A stretch of DNA of 56,640 nt from positions 1-56,640 of the forward strand of contig JYFJ02002464.1 in NCBI GenBank assembly GCA_000934665.2, written 5' to 3'. Both the position numbers and the translations under genes were made by a program. Shown here piece after piece: positions 24,501 through 35,700 of this stretch (position 1 is its first letter; every line of letters starts with the position of its first letter). This DNA is from Catajapyx aquilonaris (Eukaryota). Under the pieces are notes generated by a model, which saw only the letters and a program-made list of their open reading frames with translations, had not been told where the DNA came from and searched no databases.

Positions 24501-27500
24501 TGCCCTTTGTGTCATACACCTCTCCATAAAAATTACGCTTTTAAAGCAATTTTCATTAAACATAGAGCTGGTTGAAAAATATTTTTCCTTTGGGTGTATG
24601 GTTATTTTAGCAATAGAAGATTTGACAGCTAATCTCACAACATTGTTTCACGCAGTTTTACAGAGGAATGCAAAATAATACACTGCACAAAGGGTAGTGA
24701 AGTGCATTGTTGTCCCCTCATCTGTCAGATGTCTATATCACAGCAGCTACATTATTTTGTACTTGGAACACATGCATTAATAAATTTGGTGTCACCTCAA
24801 AAATTATAGGACAAGTATTTGACACCAATATTCCTCGTCAGACTTGAATAAGCTTCCAGCAGACTAATGCATTGTAATTGCATGGAGAGTCTAGCTTACC
24901 TGCTGCTCAGGATTATCATCAATAGGGTACAGGTACTTCTCCAGCAGGTCTTTCCAGAATTGGATTTCAGGCCCTGACAGGTAATCAACTGCTCCTCTCT
25001 TCAAGCTCTTATCCTCAATCCAGTAAGGGTTGATCAGATCATCTCGTTCTTGTTTCGGTTCTGAATAGACACAACCATTGGCGTTAGGTACGTTGGATCC
25101 TGAACAGCCGTAACGTGTTGGATCAACCTTAACATGTCTCACCTAGTGACTCTGTGTCCTGGTCGTCGTCGTCATCCACCTGGTCCGCTTCTGCAGGATC
25201 CTCAGGTAATGATCCTAAATGATCCCCAGATCCCACTGCACCAGCACCACCAGCCCTGACAGAAGCATGGGAAAGAGACCTCCTTCGCATCCCCAGCTGT
25301 CCGTGTGGGTCCAGAGCCCTCTCTATTGTGTCAAGACGTTTCGTCACAGTCTCCAAAGAGTCAGCTATCCTCATGAGCTGCTGTTTCTCATCCACAGGTT
25401 TGTCATGGGTGCAAAGCATGCACTTGAAGAGGTTGGCAAAACTGAACTCAATTGACCCTTCCTCGTCCTTGCCATTTGGAAGGTTCAAGAAGGCCAAAAG
25501 CCCGTTCATCTTCGCCTTCTTTTTGGCTTCCTCAGCATTACGTCTGTCTTGCTCCAATTCCTAAAGAATGGCCAGATTTGGTTTTAGATGTCCAGGTTAT
25601 AGAAAAAGGTACAAATCAACGCAGTACTGACCACCTTCCTCCTTGAGTACACTTCCCGGGTTCCCCAAGTGACATTATTAAGGTTGAAGAGTGAGTAGAT
25701 CATGAGGAGCAAGTACATGGAGGGCACCACACACAGGTAGAGACACCCATGCATGATGCAGTATAACTCCCATGGATGCAAAACAGCCGTCACCACAAAT
25801 GTCAGGATAATGAAGAATAAGGACATGCTGGACGGAGCAAGCACTCCGTCCCTTTTTACCTCCAGCATGATGCCCACTAACACTGCGACCATCACCAGGG
25901 CATACATCGTGCTTAGAATCTGAGCTAGAAACAACTACAACCCAGTGTTAGTGCACGCATTAACACAATCGTTAACATTCTGTAAATAGTTGCAGACACT
26001 GGTAGTCACTTATTCAATCCACCAAGGGGAAACTTATTTAATGACCATCTACTAAAAAATACGGCTATTCAGATTTTCTTCATTCCGCTAAAACCAAACA
26101 GCAATGCAAAAGCGCAAGCAGGCAAAGCAGCAAGCATTTTTAAAAAACATCCTTACCTTCTTGGTCTTCTTGGTCTGGACCTCTCGAGTACCCCAGGAAA
26201 CAACGTTTAGGTTCGTGAGTGAGTAGATGATCAGGAGCAGGTACATGGAAGGGATGGAGAGGAGGTAGAGGCCTCCAGGTATAATGCACATGAACTCCTG
26301 GGGATGGAGGCATGCAGCAATAAAAAATGATCCGGAGAGGGCTATCAAGAAGATAGCTGATGGAGATCCTATGCCGTCCTCACCCAGCTGCAGCGCGGTA
26401 CCAACTATCACAGCCATCATAATCAGGGCATAGGCCGTTGATAAAATCTGAGCCACCAGGATCTGCATGCCACATTGCAAAACATAAATCGCACACAGAT
26501 AAGCACAAGCCGCACAAAACACTGAAGTTCTTTGGGACAATGCAAATGTTTGCATCGCAGCAACTCACCTGAATGTTAGACTTGCACACAAAGCAGACCA
26601 CCATAAAGAATAGAATTGGAATGATGTTGTAGTAAAACGAGGTCCAGTTGTCTATGTTGAAAGCAGCTACAAAGGCTCCCACCAACATAAGGAAGATGGT
26701 GCCTGGTCCAAGGATCGTACCAGCCATAAGCATCATTTGGTAAGCAATGTATGGCATTGAGATGTTATCGTTGATCTTAATAGTTCGCCTGTAGTCCATC
26801 AGAAGATCCATTATGTTGGCCATGGTGCTGGGAACCCAACGCCTACGTTGGTTATAGAATTCATTAAAGCCTTCAGGACAGTGTGTGTAGGCATCACTTG
26901 CAGCTGAGTATTCCACACGGTAGCCTCGTTGAAGAAGGAGCGTGCATAGCCAACGATCCTCACCTAGGTACAAATACAAATTATTCGACATAACACTCCA
27001 AAATACAACATTGTTATTGACTAGTGAATTGCAACTCACCCTGATCATACTGCACGTAATGTCTGGGTTCATCCGACTTGGTGGTGTATCTCCTCATGAC
27101 ATTATCATCCATAAGGGCCTTTCCTCTAAAAAGGGAGAAGCACCCTGGACTACAAAGGACGCACCCAATCATATGCTCAGTTGCCTTCTGCAGCCAATGA
27201 CCAATGGCGTATTCGAACATTTGGTACCACACCATCGGCCCACTCCCAACTGGATGGATCCGACCACAAGCGGCTCCAAGGTTACGATTCTTCTTCATCA
27301 GATCAATCAGAAGTTGCACCGCATTGGCCTGGAAGTCAATATCTCCGTCCAAAGTCAAAAGGAAGGTGTTCTCTGCCACAACCTCCTTGCGGTCAACTGA
27401 TATCGGCAGTTCCATCAGCTTGTGTCCCAGGAGGTAGTACATGTACATCACCTGAAAAGTGGAATCATAAATATCGCACTGACACACTACTTCACTTTCA

Positions 27501-30500
27501 TGAACAGCCTGTAAAAATCCAAACATTTGTGTTGCTTACCTGGCTCCAACGTTTACGATGTCGTATCTTGGACTTGTCTTTCAGATGGGCAATCATTTTA
27601 GTCTTTCCAGGTAGGATCCATACAAGACGTCCACCGTAAGGTGTTGGGAATTTCTTTGGAGGTCGTACCCTCATGTTGATGCCATGAACATGCGATGCAG
27701 CTTCATCCATAATGGACACAAGAAGCTGCACAAAACGGTTGACTACATTCTCGTCCTCGTTGTCATCACTGATTTCAAAAGCGTCGTCAAAGAATATGTG
27801 GGTCTCAAATTCATAGTAGTCAGGATCCACTATCTTCAGGTACTTCTGTGCATTACGCCTGGCACTTTGGTCTTCATCCATCCGGAGAATTGACTTCAGC
27901 ATCTCCATCATCTCTTCCTTCGTTTCATGCCACATTGTTGCACATGCGTAGATGCGAGTGATGCGGTCAGAGTTACGAATGTTGCTCTTTCCACCAGCTG
28001 GTGAACCACTGGACTCTGTCATCACTGATATGGTTTCATAATATTGAGACATTTCCGCATCCTCTATTGGTTGGTCCAGTAAATCCTCCGTTTTTACATC
28101 GCATTCATCATCTCGGCTCCGGTTCATGGCCAAGGACTGATCAACCAAGAATGCTGAATACATGGGCGACACAAACAGCTTTTCAGTGGAAGCAAGACGC
28201 TCGCATTTTGGGGTCCATATGTGGAGAGTAATCCAGGTTTGTGACAGGAGCCAGAGGAGCCAAACCCACGCATGCTGTTCGGAAATGAAATCATTGAGGA
28301 AGTTTCCACGAGGGCATTCCCAGTAGAGGTAATTTGGAAGCATCCCATAAAAGAAGCAAGAGTCTTCATTGCGGATCCCACAAGCCGCTATCAGCAAAGA
28401 GATTCCCACTGGGATCGTCAAACTGACAGGAAATGCAAAGCTGAACCCTTGGATGCAGATCTTGCATGCAAATTTGCCTGAAAGGAGGAACATAAATAAA
28501 ATAATTACAGTGAATCACTTGATATAAATGCATCAGACTCTCACCGAAAATGTAGCAAATGTAGGCAGCCACTATCTGAACCATGACGGTGTATATAGCC
28601 GCGCTGGACCATGACTTATCCACCAGCACCTCATGGAATGGAGTAGCTCCATTTGGAAAGTCAGATGGACTTCCAGGAAGGTTCCTCTGCAACTCAGTCA
28701 CGTTGAGGTCATGGGTGCTGAAGCTCTTTGTGAACATCACAAATAGATTCCTGACATCCTCTTGGTTCACATACATTATTATCACCATTGAGGCAAAGAA
28801 AGCAATCATCTTCCATACAGAGATGAAAATGTAAGAAAAGTAGCGGGTGTACTTCAAACGTTCCTTCACTTTCGCCAGCTTTTTCACGAAACCTGCAATT
28901 GACAAATGCCGAGCTGATAACGCTTTCAAAATCCATGTGCAATAATTTATTTGAAATTTCATTGCCTTGCAAGATGGCCAGTCATTATTTCTCAAATACT
29001 AAATTGCTCACATGTGAAAAGTAGAAATAGAATTACCTATTGGTGAAGCCTTATCCACGTAGTTTTCCCACCACGCAAAAGAAATGAGAAATACAGAAAC
29101 AGGTATGAGCCACAGGTTGTGGTTCTTGTGGCTGTCAACAAGCGGCCAAAGGAAGAAGCCACTTGCTTGGGCCACGATGGCCACAATGTCTACAATCACT
29201 TTCAAGCCACATCGAGACTCAGACCTGCTGCGAGAGAGAAGACCTGCAGAACAAAATAAAGAATTAGCAAAATATTATAATGTCAAGGATAATGCTGCAA
29301 TTAGTAAGATACTGACCCAAGATTCCAGGCACAATGCACACACAGTTGGTGAGCATGGCCCCCTTGATGACATCAAGCTCAGGAAGGATCATGAACACGA
29401 GAAGTGCAAGACCCACAGTGTGGAACGTCTCACAAATAAATACCAGGAGAAAATCTCCAGAAAGCGGCCTCTTCCAGGACTTGAAGACACATATTCTTGT
29501 GGCTCGAAAGAGAGTCCCCAGCTCTGGAACAAGAAATGCAAAGAGCAGGCACCATATCCACTGGATGCGCTCCAGATCTGGTATGTCGACTGTGAATTCT
29601 TTGTCCTGTCCTGAAATAGTAAGTAACATTAAGTATTTTCCCTTGGTATAGTCAACGAGGATTTAAAAGGTAATGATGCTTACCCCACTTTCGGTTGCAA
29701 TAGGAAATGTTTCGATGGGGTCTTAGTTGAGAAGTCATAAATAGCATCGTTCCTTTCGTAACAACACCTCCAACAAGCACAACCGCAAATGTGAGAAGGT
29801 ACGTGAACACTTTGAGCATCTTCACTGTTATTTCCATGCACCTCTGGTTGACCATAGAACCAGAGTCGGCCTCCGGAGGGAGAATCCGAAACACGTCCCA
29901 TCCTTTTGTTTCAGATTGACTGTGCTGACTGCAATGGAAAGAAAAAAATTAGTTACTTCATACATTTTTTGTCTATATTTTTCACACAATCAGTACAGAA
30001 CTTGCTCAGCATATGAATTATTTTTTTGGAATATAATTACCGGTCTACTATAGACAGTGGTTTAATCACAACAATTGGTATCTGCCATGAATGTTACATG
30101 AATGTTATGAGAGAACGAAAGGTGTGACCTGTCATTTTCCTTAAAAAAAACATGACTTATTGACAATTGTGAGGGAGAAATAGCCCGTTATAATATTACC
30201 TTTGTTAAAGAGGGTCAGAAAAATAAGTGATCCATTAATAAAATCTCATTCACTCATGAGCTCATTATAATGGGCTATTAAATTAGTTAAAAAGGATCAA
30301 GTATGAGTCAGAAAAATTAGTGTTTCATGAATAAAATATATCTTCAATCACGAGCAACTGCGACACCGATAATTTCAGAGCATCAATTTAAATGCCTGAA
30401 ATGGTTCCACTCTCTGACCTAGAAATCTCTTCAACGCACACACATCATCACTCATCAGTGCCTGCAAAATAAGCCCAAACCCCATTAGTAACGAAAATGT

Positions 30501-32755
30501 AATGTTCTGGATGACCTCAATTATTGCATTTCCTTTTCTTCGAGCTGCCACAGAGAGTCAGTGTTCCAGGCAAGCGAGTAAGAAAAAAAAAAAGGTAAAA
30601 GGGAGAGTGGTGATGGTGGCCATGAGACAAAACTTCAGCCTTGGATTCGGGAGCGGACGTCCGGCCCTTTCCGGACATTTTATTTACCACTGTGCTCCAA
30701 GAAGGAAATTCCTTCTGGACATAACAAGCCCTAGACCCAGCTTCGAATGGTGGTCACCCAACTTTCACCAGCTGCCTACGCAGCTATACCAGGAAAAAAA
30801 AATGACATCACTCCCAAACCAGTACCGGTGACTTGAACTCCAGAATGGATCATGATCCCAGTTACGAAACAATCAGTACACAAAAAAACGGACATATGCA
30901 AAAATGGCATGGAAAATGTTTGGTTGTGGTGGTGGGGGACTTATAAAGAAAATAAAGTCACGCAAACTATAGCAAACAGGAAGGCTTCAACTTTCTGGAG
31001 CGTGAGGATTGGCCACTTCCACGGGGACCTCGTTTTGAAAACTTTCGCCTTTTGCTGCCTTCTCTTTTATGGGTCGACCAACCGCCAATTTTTATATGCC
31101 AACCAGGTGGTGTCATCTCCTGAATCAACCAACTGGAGTGAACAATCCATGTATATTTAGGGCATAATTATAGGGTCAATGTTCCGTGACGGAAGTGCTC
31201 TAAATCCAGAGTTGACCTCATGGGAAGAAAAAGAAAAGACCGCAAAGATGTGTTATTATTACAGCATGATCTGAAGTACCGCGAGTGGGCGGGATTTTGC
31301 GCAAAAAATAAAGTCGCAGGTGAAGGTCTCTCAGGTTTTCAATGCCATACAAAATCGTCTTTGAATAGAGGAGGGTTCCAGATGGGCAGATTCAAAGGTC
31401 AAAGAGGCCCTCTTGCATACAAATAGCCTCCTCAGATCTATACTTGTGTATCAATTTATGTACAGTACTTAGACTCAGTTACAAGAGTATGGTTGGCAAG
31501 ATGTGTCCATTAGAAATCTAGGTCCTGTGTGATAATTCAAAGTCCTGCTTCCTTTTCCAGAAGCTAACCACACCCAAATAAGAGGCCGCGCCCATTTTCT
31601 CTGGCCAGTACACCCTGGCAACAATCCCCCGTTAATTCCGTCTGTGCACGAAACGATATGACCAAGGACGACCGGCGGGACACTAATCTCTGGTCGGCCC
31701 AAAGTGGTGCAGTACACACACTCATTTAATTGGACAGGGCGTGTCTCAATAGACAATAAAAGCATCAGGAAGTGGGCATTCATCCATCAGCCTCGAAATA
31801 TTTTCTTGGGTCTGTAACCTTCAATAAGGCAGATATGGAATGTGCTTCAGTCAATAAATATTATCTTGTCAATAGAAGACTATACTAAAAATAGTCGGAC
31901 TTTCATTTCCTGGAGAAGTCTCTGCTTTTCCCAGATAAACAACGTGCCATGACAAGGAATTCGCATCGGTCACTTGCTGCTTGCGTAAACAAGTTGCACT
32001 CCAGAAAAGTTTGCAAACTGGGGCAAATTGCATGCACCAACACGGTATATAATAGCAAACGACAGAAACATTGTTCAGTATACACAGTACATAAAAAGGT
32101 GACATTCTGGCCTTTTAGAAGGTCGAGTCATAAACAACCAGGCGACTTTTAAAATCAAGACTATAGACTTTGAGGATAGAAAAATATCGTGGGCCGTGAA
32201 TTCCCAAGTAGACCAGCTTGTACTGATCGGCCTTTCAAGGACGGAAAGCGACTTGGAAGATGGAGAGAGAGAAAAAAGGCTGAGAAGTACCGTTACCAAC
32301 TGCACATACTCAACTCACGTATGTGTAACTGTACTCGAACTTAACGGTATGCGTATATAAAAACACATCGAGAGTGCAAGTGTTGAGATTTTAATTACCT
32401 TCACGGGTTTCTGGTTCGCTTTTATTACACTAACCGGATTATTTAGTGGAACACTTTCTTTAACATATGTATACACAGTACAAGGTGTTCGGATAATTTT
32501 GAATTTGTTGCAAATTTTTCATGATGGTCGAGTGATTCGCGAAATAAGTGTAGCAATATATGCCCAGCTATTTTCACAATTCGATTTCTAATAACTCAGC
32601 AGAGGTTACACCAATTGAGTTGCATCATTGGCTGTTATGTTCTACTTGTTTTCTTACCTTCCACCATAAATATCCTGGGTCAGAGGTGTTGTTTCGTCCC
32701 CTGAAAAATCGTCAGGGTCCATCAGGTCCCGGTCCAGGTTTTGCATGCTGGGCAT
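21525..32755 (-). CDS. CHS1: Chitin synthase 1 (class A, kkv-like) with two pairs of alternative exons
   Basis: Exons: 32755-32658 ([32 protein letters not shown]), 29928-29684, 29610-29317, 29243-29037, 28892-28545, 28477-27540, 27451-27040, 26963-26569, [26462-26157 or 25934-25632], 25560-25143, 25060-24900, [24221-24045 or 23857-23681], 22427-21801, 21674-21525. Motifs [31 protein letters not shown] and SWGTRE are present, with a charged coiled-coil-like segment after the 5-TM cluster. Confidence 0.95.
23681..23857 (-). CDS. CHS1: CHS1 alternative 177-nt exon, downstream copy (8a/8b-type)
   Basis: cag|[59 protein letters not shown]|gtac; 59 aa, phase 0-0. Confidence 0.92.
24045..24221 (-). 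CDS. CHS1: CHS1 alternative 177-nt exon, upstream copy (8a/8b-type); its frame is absent from the ORF track
   Basis: cag|[59 protein letters not shown]|gtaag; 59 aa, phase 0-0. Confidence 0.92.
25632..25934 (-). CDS. CHS1: CHS1 alternative 303-nt exon (end of 5-TM cluster to WGTRE), non-canonical copy
   Basis: tag|[36 protein letters not shown]...[36 protein letters not shown]|gtcagt; open frame, phase 0-0. An alternative donor 3 nt earlier is possible. Confidence 0.85.
26157..26462 (-). CDS. CHS1: CHS1 alternative 306-nt exon (end of 5-TM cluster to WGTRE), canonical CHS1-like copy
   Basis: cag|[38 protein letters not shown]...[37 protein letters not shown]|gtaagg; 102 aa, phase 0-0. Confidence 0.92.
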
Positions 32756-35700
32756 CTTGATGGCTGCTCAGAGGCCCCCCAGGCCTGCACCCCTGAAATA
32801 ATTAACAAATATATTTTTTAGTGGTGTCATACAATATCGCATTGACCTCAATATTAGCACTGACACAATAAGCATAATATTATCACCACTGCAGATAATG
32901 ATCATGACAAAGCAGCTGATTATTCAGCCCTTATGCAATTTCAGTGCTAATTTTGTCACTTGTAACTCTTAATTCACAAGCTCATCTTTTCATAACCTAC
33001 TTGTTAGTAAAAAGCATCGTGTGGGGGGAAACTTTGAAGACACCTCAATTGGAACAAGTTCGCAAAGAAAAAAATCCGCAACGTCGCAGACCCAACAAAA
33101 GCAATAAAATAACAATAAGCAGTTTTTCTTCGGGGTGTTCAACTCCATTGTTTGGGTTCTTTTCTTGTGTGTGTGTGATATGATGTAAAGTAGGTCTGAC
33201 CAGTGAAGCTCGATGGCTGAGTTTTGAGGCTTTTGCTCTCTTGCGCACAGTTGAAAGTGTGTATTTACGAAGAAGAAGGGAGGTTGGGGAGGAGGAGAGG
33301 AGAAATTCGGCAGGTGAAACAAAAACAACAGGTATGAGCTTGGGGAGGTTGATAAGACACACACACACGTACGTACGATCATGCACACACGTACACGAAA
33401 GGTGGGCACAGGTTGGTGGCGGCCTCCAAAAAGCCCAGGTCCTACCAAGGACGTCCAGAGAAAGCCTTATTCTCTCTCTGCCTTCAAATAAAAGAAGACT
33501 GGATCCGGAAGATGCTCAGCAGAAAATATTTCCAGGAGAAAAAGAAAAAAAAACACATGCTGTACTATGACACATTGCGCAACTTGTCCTTTCTCTGAAT
33601 TTTGGGTGAGAAATGAGCAAGTTCCGTTTGTGAAGAATCAAGGATTTTACTGGTGCCCTAGCCATACGTGCATCAAAAATAAAGCTGCATTCCTCAAGAA
33701 CAAGTTTAGAGCCGGTTTCTCTTCCCACTATTGAACTGCTTTTAAAATAGCTGATAATGTGCTTCTACCAAAACACATTTCCTTATTGGAGACGCCCACT
33801 AAGAACAGGAAACCGCCTATGCCCAGATGTTCATGTCCTCTTAGCTAAGGTGAAACCGGGTTTAACCGGGGAATATTTATCCAACTATGGTGCCAAAATT
33901 TGGCAAAACCTATAATGAGTATGACTGTGACAATCAACCGACATAAATGAGATGGCCTGCCGATTTACCACTTAGTAGTATTATTCACGCATAGATGGCG
34001 CACACTCCCTCTGTACACTCCTGCCACACTCAGGTCGTGCGAGAGATAGTGGTACTATCAGATCGGACAAACATCCGACGGAGAGAATAAGCCTATTAGG
34101 AGACACGCCACTTGATTCGACCTGACAGTATAGCTCATGTAGAAACTTTCGCAGTAAAACTAGTCTGTACCAAACTCGTTAGGTTACGCAAAATTTTTCC
34201 ATACTGACATGAATCCATTAGAAATACGTACAGTACTTTTCAACTTTTCCATCTGGATCAAGCTATAGGTCAGTTATAGGCAGGTTTTACTGCTATGGAA
34301 AGTCATACAATGGATTATTCTTACAAGCAGATGATTCAGGCACAAGGTATTATCGTCATTAAGGCTACAGGTTATGGAAATAAAGTTCGCGAAAATGCCT
34401 GCAATTTTAGCATGAATCGAACCATTGTTCCTTACAAGACAAGCAGGCTCGTTCAGCTGAAAAGCAGTCGTGCCAGTATTGCCATTCGAAGTGTTTATAC
34501 GACCGTTTCGCAAAATAAATACTGGCTGTCACTCGTTGCATTGAAGAAAAAAAAAAACGCATGCAATTCAATGGGAATGGCTGGCAAAATAACATTTCAA
34601 GCGGGTATGATTTGTAAGCTTCAACAATGGGCGTTGGTAACTTTACCGTCACGAAACTGCACTAAAGTTAAGCACTGGCTAAAATTACTCTAGACCGTAA
34701 TATAAATCAAATTAGCATTTGGCACAAAAATGTTGCCGGCTTCTCTTTGTCGCAAAAAGTGCTGAAGTGGACATATTATTTAAAAGGGGGCCACCCTGAA
34801 ATTTCCCCCTGTAAAACCTTCATGAACGGCCCATAAAAATTCCTGGCTCCAACACAAATGGTATACTATTTCCCCTGGGATCTCAGCACCTTTCACCCCT
34901 ACTTTTACCCACTGGAATGCCTTGAAAAATACACACTCCAGTTCCGATTCTGGCCACTAAAGTTGGCTTTTAAAAAGTCTTTCTTCAAGCAAGAGAAGAT
35001 AGATGCAGGTCAGGTTTCGTCGAGCTATCATTCTTTCTAGAGAAAGACGCCCCAGGGGTTTCCGGTACCGGTACGTTGAACCAAGTGGGCAAGGACGGTG
35101 CATGCCATCGACTGCTGACCAAACGAAAGAAAAGAAAAACTTCCAACCCTTTTTGGACGGATAGGGCCAGCTTCGGATTGAGGTTTGGGGGTCACCTGGA
35201 GAAAGAAAATGTACCGTTTCCTTGGGCTTATGGTGGAGTACATGCAATGAGGCCCTGGACATTCACTATACTCCAACTCTNGATCGCCTCTGAACTTGGT
35301 CACGATTGTAGACAAAGATAAAATAAAAGGAGCCTGGGAATTCTTACATGGGGGGTCTCTCTTTCTCTAATATAAAATGTGGCTAAGACCGCACATAAAT
35401 CTGCCTTCACTTTTTTTTTGCGATTGGCCGGCGCCATCGTGTGCAAAAAGTAGGTGCATTGAGGCTATATTTAGGTTCAGGTACACCTGTTGTTTGTGCA
35501 ATTTGTTAGCCAATTAAACAGGCATTTCGTTTTTGAACCAGGTCTGATTACACTGCATGCTGTGAAAATAATGTTAGATTTCTATATACGTACATTAAAT
35601 TTGAGTTCGTAAAACCGGGTCTGAATGACGCCTTTAGTTCATTGCAAAATGCTATTAAATTGTACTATTATTTTACAGTCGGTTTTGCATTATTGATGCG

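Noticed and set aside
30419..30461. Possible alternative N-terminal exon of CHS1 ([12 protein letters not shown])
   Set aside because: It ends in phase 1, while the 29928 acceptor needs phase 2. The compatible frame has stops and no ATG.
30800..35650. Grainy head-like AACCGG/CCGGTT words near the CHS1 5' region
   Set aside because: Biologically plausible, but none is a full consensus and the density is not clearly above background.
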